A stretch of DNA of 64,000 bases from Neodothiora populina. Lineage: Eukaryota. The first letter of the stretch is position 1. Each line of letters starts with the position of its first letter. Below the pieces are notes generated by a model. It was not told where the DNA came from. It made no database searches and saw only the letters and a list, made by a program, of their open reading frames with translations. Below, one piece after another: positions 12,108 to 25,213 of the stretch. Position numbers and translations under genes: made by a program. The stretch spans positions 682,001 to 746,000 of the forward strand of contig NW_027191406.1 of the NCBI RefSeq assembly GCF_041146345.1, in the 5' to 3' direction.

Positions 12108-12934
12108 ATCTTGCGACCTGTGTGTGATTGAGCTCCAGGATTGTGGTAACGAATTTAAAGTTGGATTTCCGCTGGCTCGCAACTCTGGACCGATACGGCA
12201 CCTTTTCTTTCAGTAGATACTTTACATAAACAATATTTACAAATCTGTCAAGGTGGATATATCACATGTATGATCACATGGCTGAGCTGCTGTTGCCTAC
12301 CATACCACGGTAGTTGAGATGCATGACTAAGCACTTGGGAGACGATGTACAGTAGGGCAGAAAAACACTAAACGCAGACACAATGCATGAGGTATACGAA
12401 AATTGTGATGTTAGTGAGATTTTCTTGTATGGCAAGTAGTTTTGCCACTGAGAGGGGCTCTATATGAGCTACAGCTGTTTCACTGTCAAGCAACATTTGG
12501 AAGCCGCAATTTTGGTGTTGTTTTGGAAAACAATTATCCAAGTCTATATCCTGCACTGCACACCGCCTCCTGATGCCATGGCAACGTTTTGCTGTCCATT
12601 CTGCATCCTCTATACGTTTGTTGCCAGGCAGCCAGAAGCAGCGGATGAGTTGCGTAGCACCATGCCTAAGCTAAAAGGCTTCTTATAGTTCCAACTGCAT
12701 CTGGAGCATCCCAAATGTGCTGTTGCTGCGACTCGAGCCCTCTCCCCTCGAGTGTAGTCGCATCCGTGGCAGGTAGCCCTTCGAGATCAAAGTCCTGGGT
12801 GCCGTGCAGTAATTCCTCGCAAGTAGGTTTCGGCCATTTTAGGCAGTTGCGCTAAGCGTCTACGAGGACCTTGGCCGAAATCGATGGGTCGGGAAGTGGA
12901 GGAAAATTGTGGTCGTGCCCGCATCGGTCCAGCT

Positions 12935-13452
12935 TCACGTACTCTCTCCCAGGCCGTCAATATCGGTCATGTCTTCCTCGACTGTCCTTTTGCCATTGTC
13001 TGTCGTGATACCCACGGCAAGTTCAGCTTCTTTTTGGGAGTAGGGTTCGTCCTTCAACTGGCGCACTCTGTAATGATGTTAGCATGGCGAGCTCCAAGAA
13101 GCGTACAAGGCCAGGCGCAGCCCAAAGCACATGCACGAGGGAAATCAAGCGATTTTTCATCTTCGTAATCACTTTTGAATCTCTTGAAGAAAAATTGCAA
13201 GAATTTCAAGCAGGCTCACCTTCTCCTGTGAGGCTTCCCTTTGCCATGTTGTATGAGATTGAATTCGGACTCGAACCATTTTGCACACTCAGTGCAATAC
13301 CACTGGCCCAAGCCCGGCAGGTCTTCTGCTACTTTGGTTCCCTTGTACTGGTCGAGATGTTTTTCCTTATGCAGATCTGCATGAATCTGATCGAGATCGC
13401 GCGTATGCCGTCTCGTCTTCTTCTTAGAATCGGAGCCACGGATGGCCGGCAT
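12935..13452 (-). CDS. BUD20: Pre-60S C2H2 zinc-finger protein Bud20/ZNF593
   Basis: Exons 13452-13220 and 13067-12935. Motif KTRRHTRDLDQIHADL...DLPGLGQWYCTECAKWF...HGKGKPHRRR|VRQLKDEPYSQKEAELAVG. Confidence 0.93.
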
Positions 13453-13768
13453 GGTTGATATTAGAAGGGCGCAGGACAAGAGTTGTCGCAGACAGATTGT
13501 CAAAACCGAGAGATTGTTCAGATGTGAAAATGTCGCTCCGCTGTACTGTAGGTGCTGTATAAGGCACTGTGCACGATCGAGCACGATAATAATAAATTTG
13601 GAGTGATTACCTTTTAGGGCTCCACCATGCGGCGGTGCGGCATGTGAAGGCGGAGATGTGCGGGCCGTGCGCTTGAGCCACCCACAACAACGAAGCTAGA
13701 GGGAAAACTCGGTCTGTCTGGAAGTGCTATTGCCGAGGCCATCCGTTGGCGCGGGCAGCATATACGGG

Positions 13769-14013
13769 ATTGGTGCGAAGAGGGAGAGGCAGGAGGGAAG
13801 AGCGAGATAGCAAGTGACAGAGGGTGATGGCAAGACTGTAAGTGTGTTCATGTTTTTTTTTTCGTGGGTTGTGTCATATCCACCTTATCAAGAGCTATAC
13901 GCCAATACCGAGCTTGGGGGGGTTCAGTTCACGGTATGTACAAATACTCGCATCGGTCGCGATGACCCCGTAGCAAAAGCACCTTCACAAGCTAGCGACC
14001 TGCCAGCCAATCA
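13769..14013. promoter_or_regulatory. CCAAT boxes in the BUD20/ACO1 divergent promoter (candidate CCAAT-binding/Hap complex sites)
   Basis: ATTGG at 13769-13773, CCAAT at 13902-13906 and CCAATCA at 14007-14013, upstream of a TCA-cycle gene. Function is inferred only. Confidence 0.35.
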
Positions 14014-14227
14014 GAAGATAGGCAAGATTACCCAAGGCTCTCCGTCGGCACGAGGGGACTAGCAGTCTTTAACGTGTGCTTGTCTTTCTCCAGTGAACTT
14101 GCTTTCCTTTCTCTCCACCATCCTCCCCAGTCCACCATTTATTCTTCTTCTTCTTCTTCTCGTGGCCACTAAGCCGACAAGGCAACTGGTCCAAAGTCAA
14201 CTGCCTCTTGCCGTTGACATTCACATA

Positions 14228-16804
14228 ATGCTGTCCGCACGCGCAGCAGCGCGCAAAGTGGTATGTTTCTTCTTTTTTCCCGCTTCTATCTGATAGATGA
14301 AGAGCTTTACTCATGCCCATTGCAGCTCGGCCGTCGCGCCTTTGCCACTGTCAACGATGCGCCTCTCACCAAGAAGGTCGAGATGACCCCCTGGGAGAAG
14401 GGCCACTACATCAACTACGCCAAGATGAACGAGAACCTTGCAATTGTCCGCCAGCGTCTCAACCGTCCTTTGATGTACACGGAGAAGATCCTCTACTCCC
14501 ATCTCGACGATCCTCACGGACAGGAGCTCGAGCGTGGTGTTTCTTACCTCAAGCTCCGCCCTGATCGCGTTGCTTGCCAGGATGCCACCGCTCAGATGGC
14601 CATCCTCCAGTTCATGTCCGCCGGCATGCCCTCTGTGGCCACCCCCTCCACCGTCCACTGTGACCATTTGATTGAGGCTCAAATCGGTGGCGAGAAGGAT
14701 CTCGAAAGAGCTCAGGACATCAACAAGGAAGTCTACGACTTCCTGTCCACATCTTGCGCCAAGTACAACATCGGTTTCTGGAGACCTGGCTCTGGAATCA
14801 TCCATCAAATCATCCTCGAGAACTACGCTTTCCCCGGTGGTCTTATGATCGGTACCGACTCTCACACTCCCAACGCCGGTGGTCTCGGTATGGCCGCTAT
14901 TGGTGTCGGTGGTGCTGATGCCGTCGATGTCATGGCTGGTCTTCCCTGGGAGCTTAAGGCCCCTAAGGTCATTGGTATCAAGCTTACTGGCCAGCTTTCT
15001 GGCTGGACCTCTCCTAAGGGTACGTTTCTTTTCTTGTCCATATATCATCTCTTTTTCCAGATCAGAAAACTCACACCGTCACAGACATCATCTGCAAGGT
15101 CGCTGGCATCCTCACCGTCAAGGGTGGTACTGGTGCAGTCATCGAGTACTTCGGCGAGGGTGTTAACTCGCTCTCTGCCACTGGTATGGGTACTATTTGC
15201 AACATGGGTGCTGAGATCGGTGCCACCACTTCTCTGTTCCCCTTCAACGACAGGATGTACGACTACCTGAACGCCACCAAGCGTAAGGACATTGGCGATT
15301 TCGCCAGAACCTACGCCAAGGAGCTTCGCGAGGACGAGGGTGCCGAGTACGACCAGGTCATCGAGATCAACCTCTCTGAGCTCGAGCCTCACGTCAACGG
15401 TCCCTTCACTCCCGATCTTGCCACCCCCATCTCTCAGTTCAAGCAAGCCGTCAAGGACAACAACTGGCCCGTCGACCTCAAGGTCGGTCTCATCGGCTCG
15501 TGCACCAACTCTTCGTACGAGGACATGTCCCGTGCTGCCTCCATCGCTCGTGATGCTCTCGACCACGGTATCAAGGCCAAGGCTCTTTTCACCGTTACTC
15601 CTGGATCCGAGCAGATTCGTGCTACCATTGCCCGTGACGGCCAACTCGCCACCTTCGAGGAGTTCGGTGGTATGGTCCTCGCTAACGCATGTGGTCCTTG
15701 TAAGTCTTTTTTTCCCCCACTATTTCATTGAAAAGCAACATCACTAATACAAAGAGCAGGCATTGGTCAATGGGACCGCAAGGATGTCAAGAAGGGCGAG
15801 GCCAACTCGATCATCTCATCTTACAACCGTAACTTCACTGGCCGTAACGATGCTAACCCTGCAACCCACGCTTTCGTCACTTCGCCCGACCTTGTCGTCG
15901 CAATGACCATTGCTGGCACTCTCGACTTCAACCCTCTCACTGACAGCCTCAAGGACAAGGACGGAAACGAGTTCAGGCTCCAGGCTCCCACCGGTGACGG
16001 TCTTCCCGCCAACGGATACGACCCCGGTATGGACACCTACCAAGCCCCCCTGCCGACCGTTCTTCCGTCCAGGTCGCCGTCTCCCCTACCTCCGACCGTC
16101 TTCAGCTCCTCTCTCCCTTCGCGCCTTGGGACGGCAAGGACGCCCTTGACCTTCCCATCCTCATCAAGGCCGCCGGAAAGACCACCACTGATCACATCTC
16201 CATGGCCGGTCCCTGGTTGAAGTACCGTGGTCACTTGGACAACATCTCCAACAACATGCTTATCGGTGCCATCAACATCGCCAACGGCGAGGCAAACAAG
16301 GTCAAGAACGCCATCACTGGTGCCTGGGATGCCGTCCCCGCCACCGCCCGTGACTACAAGAGCAAGGGCATTCAGTGGGTCGTCATCGGTGACTGGAACT
16401 ACGGTGAGGGTTCTTCCCGTGAGCACGCTGCTCTCGAGCCTCGCCACCTTGGTGGTCTTGCCATCATCACCCGTTCTTTCGCCCGTATCGTAAGTACCAT
16501 TCTACTTTGAATCCTTATCGAAATCATCACTAACAAGGAGCTACAGCACGAGACCAACTTGAAGAAGCAAGGTATGCTTCCTCTTACCTTCTCTGACCCT
16601 GCCGACTACGACAAGATCGACCCCACCGACAAGGTCGACATCCTGTGCACTGAGCTCGCCGTTGGCAAGCCCATCACTCTCAGAGTCCACAAGCAGGACG
16701 GAAAGACTCTCGACATCAAGCTTTCCCACACCTTCAACGAGGGACAAATGGACTGGTTCAAGGCCGGTTCCGCCCTCAACTTCATGAGCAAGAGCAAGGC
16801 TTAA
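14228..16804 (+). CDS. ACO1: Mitochondrial aconitate hydratase; apparent 1-nt deletion at 16045-16050
   Basis: Exons 14228-14260, 14326-15019, 15085-15699, 15760-16489 and 16547-16804. Motifs: [99 protein letters not shown]. Strong codon bias. The frame breaks in a C6 run. Confidence 0.97.
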
Positions 16805-18820
16805 GTTCGTGAAGCTGTTACGGGGATTTTTTGAAGAGGAAACAGAAACCAGTCGGAGTCTTACCAACGCGTTCGATTGGACGTAGAAACGTCTTGTCGA
16901 GGAGTTTTATGGAAGAGAGAGATTGAATGAAGAAGCGGCATCGGCATCTTTGTGTATACCTTGTATTTTTTTAGGCGCATTTTCCAAATTTCATTTTTGA
17001 ACACAATTATTCCTTTTTCCATGATCATCTGTTTTACCTGTGACACTGAAATATATTTCCTCGTGCTTTTGCCACACAACTCAGCGAACCTGCTTGTCGG
17101 TGCCCTTGCCCTCGTTGGCATTGCTCTTTTTCCGAAGTCACTGCCTCGGCACTCAGTTCTACCTCAAATTCTGGCCTCGCTTCTCCTTTGATCCGTTTGT
17201 GTGTAACTCTGCTTTCTAGTATTGAAACCGAAATGATGAAATCGTAGCTTTGTATTTAGTCACGTTCCTTTCTGAATCGAATTTAGTAATTGACGATATC
17301 ATAAACTTGTCTAGGAGGGTAGTGTTGTTCTATTCTCTTTCTCTGGACTTGCATGCTTATCGCTGCCGTGACCCTGGCCATTTGCCTTAGTAGTCCAGTC
17401 GTTTGTGGCTTTACGATGTCTCTGCTCGACATTACATGTTCCTAACTTTGATCAGATGTGAAGATCACCTCGATCTCTGGTTGTTTTGGCAATTATGATA
17501 TTCGAGGCTTTTAATCTAGTTTCTTCTCAAGCCCATGTTCCGTCATCTCCCACAGAAGCTTCGCTTACACAAAATTATTGCGTGCTCAATTATACATATT
17601 TCTACCACGTCTATTCTTTCAAGTAAACTCCATCCTTTGGGTTGGAACTAGTGACATATGTTTGACGATATATGGACCAGTATAACCACGTTTTTATCCT
17701 ACCTATGACGGGCGCTGAAAAGTCCGAATGTCTATAGTACACGAAGTAGTTGACTTCAAGCGAAATCAACCAAACTTATTTCAGTTCTTCATCAGTCTGC
17801 TACAGTACTTAAGTTCTCCTCTCCTTACTCCCACCCGGTTTTATCTGCACGCGCGGAGAGATAAAAGCCACAGAGGTTCCCATACACCGACACTATCTTG
17901 CGTGATGAGATCGAACGCCGTCGATCGCCGGGCAAAGGACAGGTCTTCCTTGTATCTCGTGACATATCATCGGAGTGATATAGTACTCTCACTTGCTTCA
18001 GAGAGTCTTAGCGTCACATGCTCAACGATTGGGATCTGGGCACATGGTAGGCAATGACAAGGTGGACCACAGGAGACGACAACCTGGCGCGAGGGGCGAG
18101 CACGCGAGTGATCGACGGCCGCGAAGTCGGCAGTATAACCTGAGGATCTAAAGCGACTTGAGAGGGAGATGGGAGTAAGGGATAATGTACGTAGTACTGC
18201 TGCTAGTTTTGGTGATGATGATGATGATGGTGGTGAATACGAATATTTCAATGAAAGTACAAAATTGTCTTGTGCTGGTAGTGAAGGGAAAGAGTAGTGA
18301 ATCTTACCGCACGCAACGCGAAGTGTAACTTCTACCAGTCGTGTAAGCACCTCAGGGTATCCTAAGAACTGACATGCGCCTGTATATCATTGCAATGCTA
18401 TTCTACTTACTGATATTGAAAATCTACCAAACCATCGAATGCCGTGTCAGTTACATGTTCGATACGACTTCGACCCCTCGCTTTCGCAGTACTAAAGAGA
18501 TACATTTCATATCCCTCCCACATCAACGCAAGGTGATACCAACACTGAGTATAATCTTGCTGTAGGAAAGCAAGCAAGCAAATAATAATCCAGTATGTCC
18601 AATAATCACTGCATGCAATGACCTGTCCTGCCGTCCTCACGCACATTTGCAGTAAGTACCAGAAGTAGTCGGGCTTTTGACGATTGTACCGATGGCACGT
18701 GCACGGACTTGGCGCTGCAACACTCGCTTAGGAAATGGGCGGCCCACCTGGGCTTCAGAACTTTTGGCAGCTGAACGAATCTGCACACAACCAGTTTCAT
18801 CGCATCAGTCAACCGTCGCA

Positions 18821-19250
18821 ATGGCCAGTGAGTAGTGCTCGACGAATATTGCTGCTGTGAGAGTACTAATGGATTTTTCCAGAGTCGAAGAACTCGTCTC
18901 AGCACAACCAGGCCAAGAAGGCCCACAAGAACGGGTACGCGATAAACCTCTGTCCAAATTGAAGAAGAAGCGCACCGGATGCGCTTGAAATTCATCTTCA
19001 ATTGCTGTCGCCTTACTGGAACCTGGACTAGTGCTGACGGAGAAAACCCAACAGTATCAAGAAGCCCAAGACCCACAGATACCCTTCGCTCAAGGGTACC
19101 GACCCCAAGTTCAGACGCAACCACAGACATGCTCTTCACGGCACCATGAGAGCTCTCGTATGTTGCTCCCCAACAAGCGACTACATCGACATCCAGCAGC
19201 TAACGTCCCTACAGAAGGAGGTCAAGGAGGGCAAGAGAGACGCTGCATAG
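18821..19250 (+). CDS. RPL29: 60S ribosomal protein L29 (eL29)
   Basis: Exons 18821-18827, 18883-18934, 19055-19157 and 19215-19250 give [65 protein letters not shown]. Not visible in the supplied ORF track. Confidence 0.97.
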
Positions 19251-19866
19251 AGGACTTCATGATTAGTGTCGTTTCTGGGAACATCTAGCGGCGTCATTAT
19301 GGATCGGAAGCTTTGCTAAGAGAGCCTGGAAGACTCCTCAGTATGCCATGAAATTTTTCTGGTTGTGCCACGACATGACAACGATCGTCAAATCGCCCAG
19401 TTCGCCCAATTTCTTTCGTCTCCATCTTTCATCAGTCTTCCAAAGTCCGTTGCAGGACTTCCCCACCCCCTCCCGACTCCATACCCACTTCACAGGAAAA
19501 AGGCATTTGTGTGTACAGCAACCCGCATCATTCTCAGCGTGGTTGTTGAAGGATAATTCTACGTGCCAATATCATCATCCTCTTCATTACCAAAAACTTG
19601 ATCTCTTTCTCAATGAGATACTTGTTCATGGAGAAGAGGATACATACTCAAACCACCATTTCCTAATCCTAAGTCTTGAGCATGGCCCTTCCCAGAAACA
19701 GAATCAAATAACAAAACAATAAAAAGTGAATCGCCTTTTGATGCATTGCTCCGATGAAACTGTATAGCGAGGTCCACCAATCTTGGTAATGTGACTTGGT
19801 CGCACCTTCTAAAAACAAATAAGGCAGGTACCCATCTCCACCATCCCACAGCTAGGTGTCCTTCCC

Positions 19867-21973
19867 ATGCCGTTCTCGCAGCAACCTTCTCTGTTCACTA
19901 CCCGTATCCACCACAGACTAAAGATGCCTTGGAGATCGCAAGGATCACATACCCCCAGCGACTACAACAGTGCAAGCCCTGCTACGATGGACCAGTCTTT
20001 AGCAATGGCTGACATGGTCCAATGGACGCGACGGGTCCAATCACTACGCGTGCGGACTCCTCTTCCTCATGTCGATAGTGACGACGTCTCCTCAGACATG
20101 GTCACAGCTCTTACGACACCCAGGAAAAAGCTTCGTCCTAGATTGAGCTCTTACTTCTCTCATCATATGCCATCAACTGGTATTGATAACCTGCCCCGTT
20201 CAAGTCCCGACCTGGTCTCTATGCCTCAACAGCAGGAGCAACCGGACTCGCGTGACACTTATGTGTGCCAGATCGAACCCCAAAGATTGATGGAGTGCAT
20301 ATTGACTAAGCTGATGGTGGATCCATTCCACACGCTGGATGCTCGGGACAACAGTTCGCTCCTGATGATATTCGAGTCTTACCGCACTCTCTGTGACCAA
20401 AACGCTGCACTTTCCGAGAAGCTGCAGAACGAAGTTGACTGTAGGTATGCTGTAGAAGTCGAAGCCGAAAAGACAGAGAAGAGGTGGCAGCAGGAAAGAG
20501 AGGACTACAGAGCTGAAGTAAGACGGTTAGAGATACTTGTTGCGAAGGGCCAGCGCGGTCTGGTCGACCTGGTGAATGCCCGACAGTACAGCACCCTCCG
20601 GAGAGACAGACGTAGAGCAGAGGTCGCAATCGACGCAGATCATAAGGAAACAGTCTTTGAGTTCTTGGAAAGGACCAGACTCGAAGATGCTGAGGCCAAG
20701 AGATCTCAGAGAGGTGCGTATCGGTGGAAGCCAGCTGACTGGCTATGACTGACCTGTTACAGCTTACCACCATCGTCGGACCGAGTCACCGTCACGCAAG
20801 ATGGCAGTATTGTCAGCGCACTTTTCTATTGATGACTTGCACATAGAGCCACCAGATCAACCCTTTACAGATAGCAGTGAACTACCAAACTTGTTCGACA
20901 CACCCGAGCTTGACGAAAATCTGCATGACAATCAACATTTAAGCTCGATGCCGGACCAGTTGCTGCTAAGCCCAGGATCAGTAAAGTCTGGAGAGGAAAC
21001 AACGACTTCTAGCCAGTCCAGCAATTCGATTATTGAGGACGAAGCCGCACGAGCAAGATCTTCAAGCCAAGGTAATCGATCGAGATCAGAAGACCAGGAA
21101 GCACTGGTAACGTCGCAATGGGACAACTATCATCATCTGGCTGAAAGTGGCCATAAATGGGCAAGCTGGGAAAGAGGAATGCCGAGTAGTAGATCACTCT
21201 CCGACGCAGTAGTTAATGTCCAAGGACATCAACCATGGCAGAAAACTAGACCTCAACCTCTACAGCTTGTGCCAGCGAGGCGCTTCTCATTCGACGCAGG
21301 AGATGATCACACCATGGAGAGCGAAGAAATTTACTCGCCAGAAGCAGATATCCGAAGCTTTTCTTCCAATGAGCTCCATACACGACGCAAAGATAAGGTC
21401 GCATCAACGGCGCCCCAATCTAGTCTGGTAGACTCGAGACTGCTGACATGGTCGCCTCCAAGCCTCTCTCCTCGAGTATTAACGCCAAACGCCCCGTCCA
21501 AGATTCCTAGCCCAAGTTTCGACTCGTCTCTTGCGAAGCGTAGACGTGAAGATTCAGATTCAAGTGTCCTTACAGCCGTAAGACACAACGATCAAAGTGT
21601 ATCGCGGAGCAGTAGGGCAAGCTCCCGGGGTGCTACATCCTCGAACCTAACCGACGTAGGGTTTAGAAGCCCACGTGCTAAGGATCAATGCAGCTCTAGC
21701 GAGACCGAAAGACCAGCAAGTGGCCAACAACTCATAGATTACCAGAACGGCCTACGTAGAAATCCTAACCTTGCTATGGCAGCTGCGCGAGCAGCAACAG
21801 TGGCGCCAGACGAACAGCGTTCGGCACAGAACTATTCTTTCAATCACTACGGTTGGAATCTCAGCGGCTCATCGAAAGCCTATACGCGGCCGAAGCAGAC
21901 GCGACCCGGCCAGGTCGCTTACGAGAGAAGCAAGGAAAACTCCGGGCCACCGCAGAAGTCCATGGACAAGTAG
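19867..21973 (+). CDS. Hypothetical protein with a central coiled coil and a Ser-rich disordered C-terminus
   Basis: Exons 19867-20713 and 20763-21973; the intron GTGCGT...CTGAC...CAG joins the 293-aa and 390-aa ORFs in frame. Coiled-coil segment EKRWQQEREDYRAEVRRLEILVAKG. Confidence 0.75.
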
Positions 21974-23916
21974 AAGGACGCAGACCCGAGATTGCCTGCC
22001 AGACTACGAGTGGAAGCACTAGACTATGTCAAAAGTAGGAAGGGTGGAGGAAGGTTCCTCTCCAGAGAAATTGTACTTCAGCGCATGATGTAGAGCAACT
22101 CACCAGCCACTCATGCATGGCAGCAGAACAGCAGTGAAGCACGTGTCCTTGGTTCGCTCTAGAAGGGATGCACACCCCAACTACCTTAACTAGCTCACCT
22201 CGCCACAGTGCCACGCAGCTATCCAGCGCATCATGTTGTATCAACAAACCACGTGCCAAAGTGAAGTCCTCGCCGATGACTGAGAGCCTTCGAGCACACG
22301 TACTGTACCTAGGTGACTTGGGGAGAACATCCCACTAATATCACAGCGTTTTATGGCATGGTTTGGGCAAATCTACTTGGTCCGCACCTGCATGTCTTTG
22401 TCCCACATGTACTGCAAGCCCCTCGTGGGACACGCCAGGCACAGCCCCAGTTCGAGAAATGAGCAGACCCGCGAATTCTACCCAATCCCACGGTAAAATG
22501 GGGACATGCGGAGGGATTCTCGGCCCAGGATGACACAGTAGTAATATTTTTCTTTGTATTGAGCAAAAATTTAGAAACCGGATGCTCACAATGAGCTCCG
22601 CGTAGCATTACACCATGCGCCCTGCAAGCTCCTCTTTGAGAGCAGGATGATCTCTGGGTCATCGTGAAAGTGTGTCATTTGGCCCGTGGAAAGGAAATGA
22701 AACGTGGAAGCGCCAGCCACAAGAGGGCCAATCTCGCGGGCTCCTCTTGATGGGCGAGAGAGCCCAGCTCCCGTAACAGCCATCTCGTGATGGGGTAGAC
22801 AGAAAACTGTAAATGGGCACTCGGGGATGGGCTCATGCAAGTCTCACATCAGGTACCAGGCACCAATTGGAGGTATCGTGAGTGAGTGAGACCCGAGTCG
22901 GAAGAGTCTGTACCAACCATGTCCGGGTCCGAAAGGGCTAGATGTGGGTGTGAGGCTTTGCCAGTTCCCGTGGAAAGTTGGTTCAGCGCGTGCGGCAGGT
23001 AAAAGATACCTACATTACCTACCTTTGTGTGCATCTTTAGGTACCTCTCAACGTGCCGCGAATACCTCACCTTTCGAACAAAGGACCACTAGCCACACCC
23101 CGGCCTCGGCCTGCACAGCCACAAAAGAGGGCAAACTACCTTATGGTTGAGCGCCACTAGTCTACTAGCCACAACCTGCTCCCAGGATCGGGAAAGAGAT
23201 GATCGCAGGAAGAGGTACCAATCCCAATTGAGCTCCAGCTCGTGATTTATGGAACATGTGCCGCATTTTCCGATGACAAGCCTCAGATGTTGTACACAGC
23301 AAGCAGATGATCAGCGTGTTTAGGATCCCTGGGAACCGTCCAACACAGTGTGCCTGTAGAAAACGCGTACAAGACTCCATCGTGGCAGCGCATTACGGGG
23401 GAGGGGTCAAGTGCAATCAGACTTGCATCATGCCCCCGAAATTTATGACGTTCTGGGATCGCTGCTCCCTCGCTCGCTTATGTACGTATACTCGAGTTCC
23501 TATTCTTAGATCACGAGAGATGCTCGAATACCAATTGACTTACGAGGGAGAGGGGGAGCAACAAATCCTCCGTATCAGCACGAAAACGGGCAGACAAAAA
23601 CACACCTGGCTGATTGTTTGCATCTTACGAGAGGGGCCACGACACAGTCCCCTAAGGTTTGAGTGACATCCAAACAAAGAATGGTCGCAACACAAGTCCC
23701 GCTTAGGGAAAAGTACGCTTGTACAGTCAAACCAACAGCCAGCTCCAGAAGTCGCAAGCGTCTTTTGGAAAGTAAGTTGAAATTAAGCTTCGCAGGGCCG
23801 AAGTGCGACAGCCACACTCGCAGATGAAGCTGGGGAATGGGAGATGGAGATGGGAGAAAGTACCTTACTGAGGGGATCACGGCGGCACCACCGACCCAAT
23901 CTTGCTATGACGGGAT

Positions 23917-23932
23917 GGGGGGGGGGGGGGGG
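23917..23932. repeat. G16 homopolymer in the long upstream region of the CP2/Grainyhead-like gene
   Basis: 16 consecutive G. Confidence 0.9.
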
Positions 23933-25213
23933 CGATAGCTGCGCAGCATACGACCAGCGGTAGCAGCGAGGATGAAATGTGAAACAGCAAATTGACGTAT
24001 AAATTCATGACCACAGTAATTGCATGGGAGGATGAAATGAAGGACACGGGAGACATGTCACTCTAGGCCCAACGCCAGCCGCGCCGAATAACGAGGTCTG
24101 AGTGCTAAGCTGTCCTCGGTAGGTGGACGCACTTCTTCGACGTCATAGGTGAGGTGCTTTGGGCACAGAGCAGGAGGGGAAGGACCAAGAGGAGCATGTG
24201 CGGGTAAATCATATGTAAGGTGTAGATATGGAGTGGTGCGCATCAGCTGACTCTCTCTGTCGAAAAATGTATGGTGATTACGAGTATACGTACGGGGATT
24301 ATTCCGGGCGGGCCAAGGTGATCTGTCGACAGTACCCGAGGCGATGCAGGGCTTGCGGTGGGAAATGAAGATCATGTTCGGTATGTATTATCGCAGGCGA
24401 CGGTGATCGAGGCGTTATGGCAAAAAAGGATCGGAGGGTAAATGATCGAAGATCGAAGGTCGATTAGACATTGGTCCAAGAGGGCGTCCCACAATGATAC
24501 GACTCAAGCGCCGTTCTCACCGACGAATGGCTCCTTCGGCCTGCGGGGACTATGTCGAGGCTTGGAAAGTCTACTTGAAGTAGTGTGGCGCTCTGACTAG
24601 GTAGAGACCGCGACGAGGATTCCGTGCAACACCCTACCTCTACCTTAGCCGAGCCTGCGGGAAAGCCTAGGTACCCTAGAGTACGGTAGTGCAGAACAGC
24701 GGTTTGTGCCACACAGGGCAGGTCTTGCACAGCCACGCGTGTGGCGTTAGCTCCGAGATGCATTCAGAGGGGGCTAGCCTGTGTCTTAGTTTCTACAGCG
24801 AATCGAGAGCAAGAGAAAGGTGGACTACGATCATCCAAAGCGATTGCGCAGGGCTCGATGATAACTCTGATGCACTTGTTGACAGCGAGGGCGGGCAAAG
24901 CTCAGCACAAGCGCAAGCGCAAGCGATGCGGCGCAGGATCCGTGCGCGCGGTAGCTCCTCATCGGCCCCTGTCACTGCGCCAGACTAAGACAGTCAGTTT
25001 AATACTTAGGTTAGCCATGCTCCGCTGTGCTGTGGCTTGACTGCTCTGTGCCCTTCCTTATTATTGCATGCGTTTCATACTCAACTCAGTGACGAACTTG
25101 ACGTGAATACATACGGAATTTCCTGGCCTTGTTCAATGTTCATCTCTCGCTGAGCACTTTCTCTTTTAAAGACTCTGCCTGTCACCTGCGAGTATTGTGG
25201 CCTGCAAGCAGAC

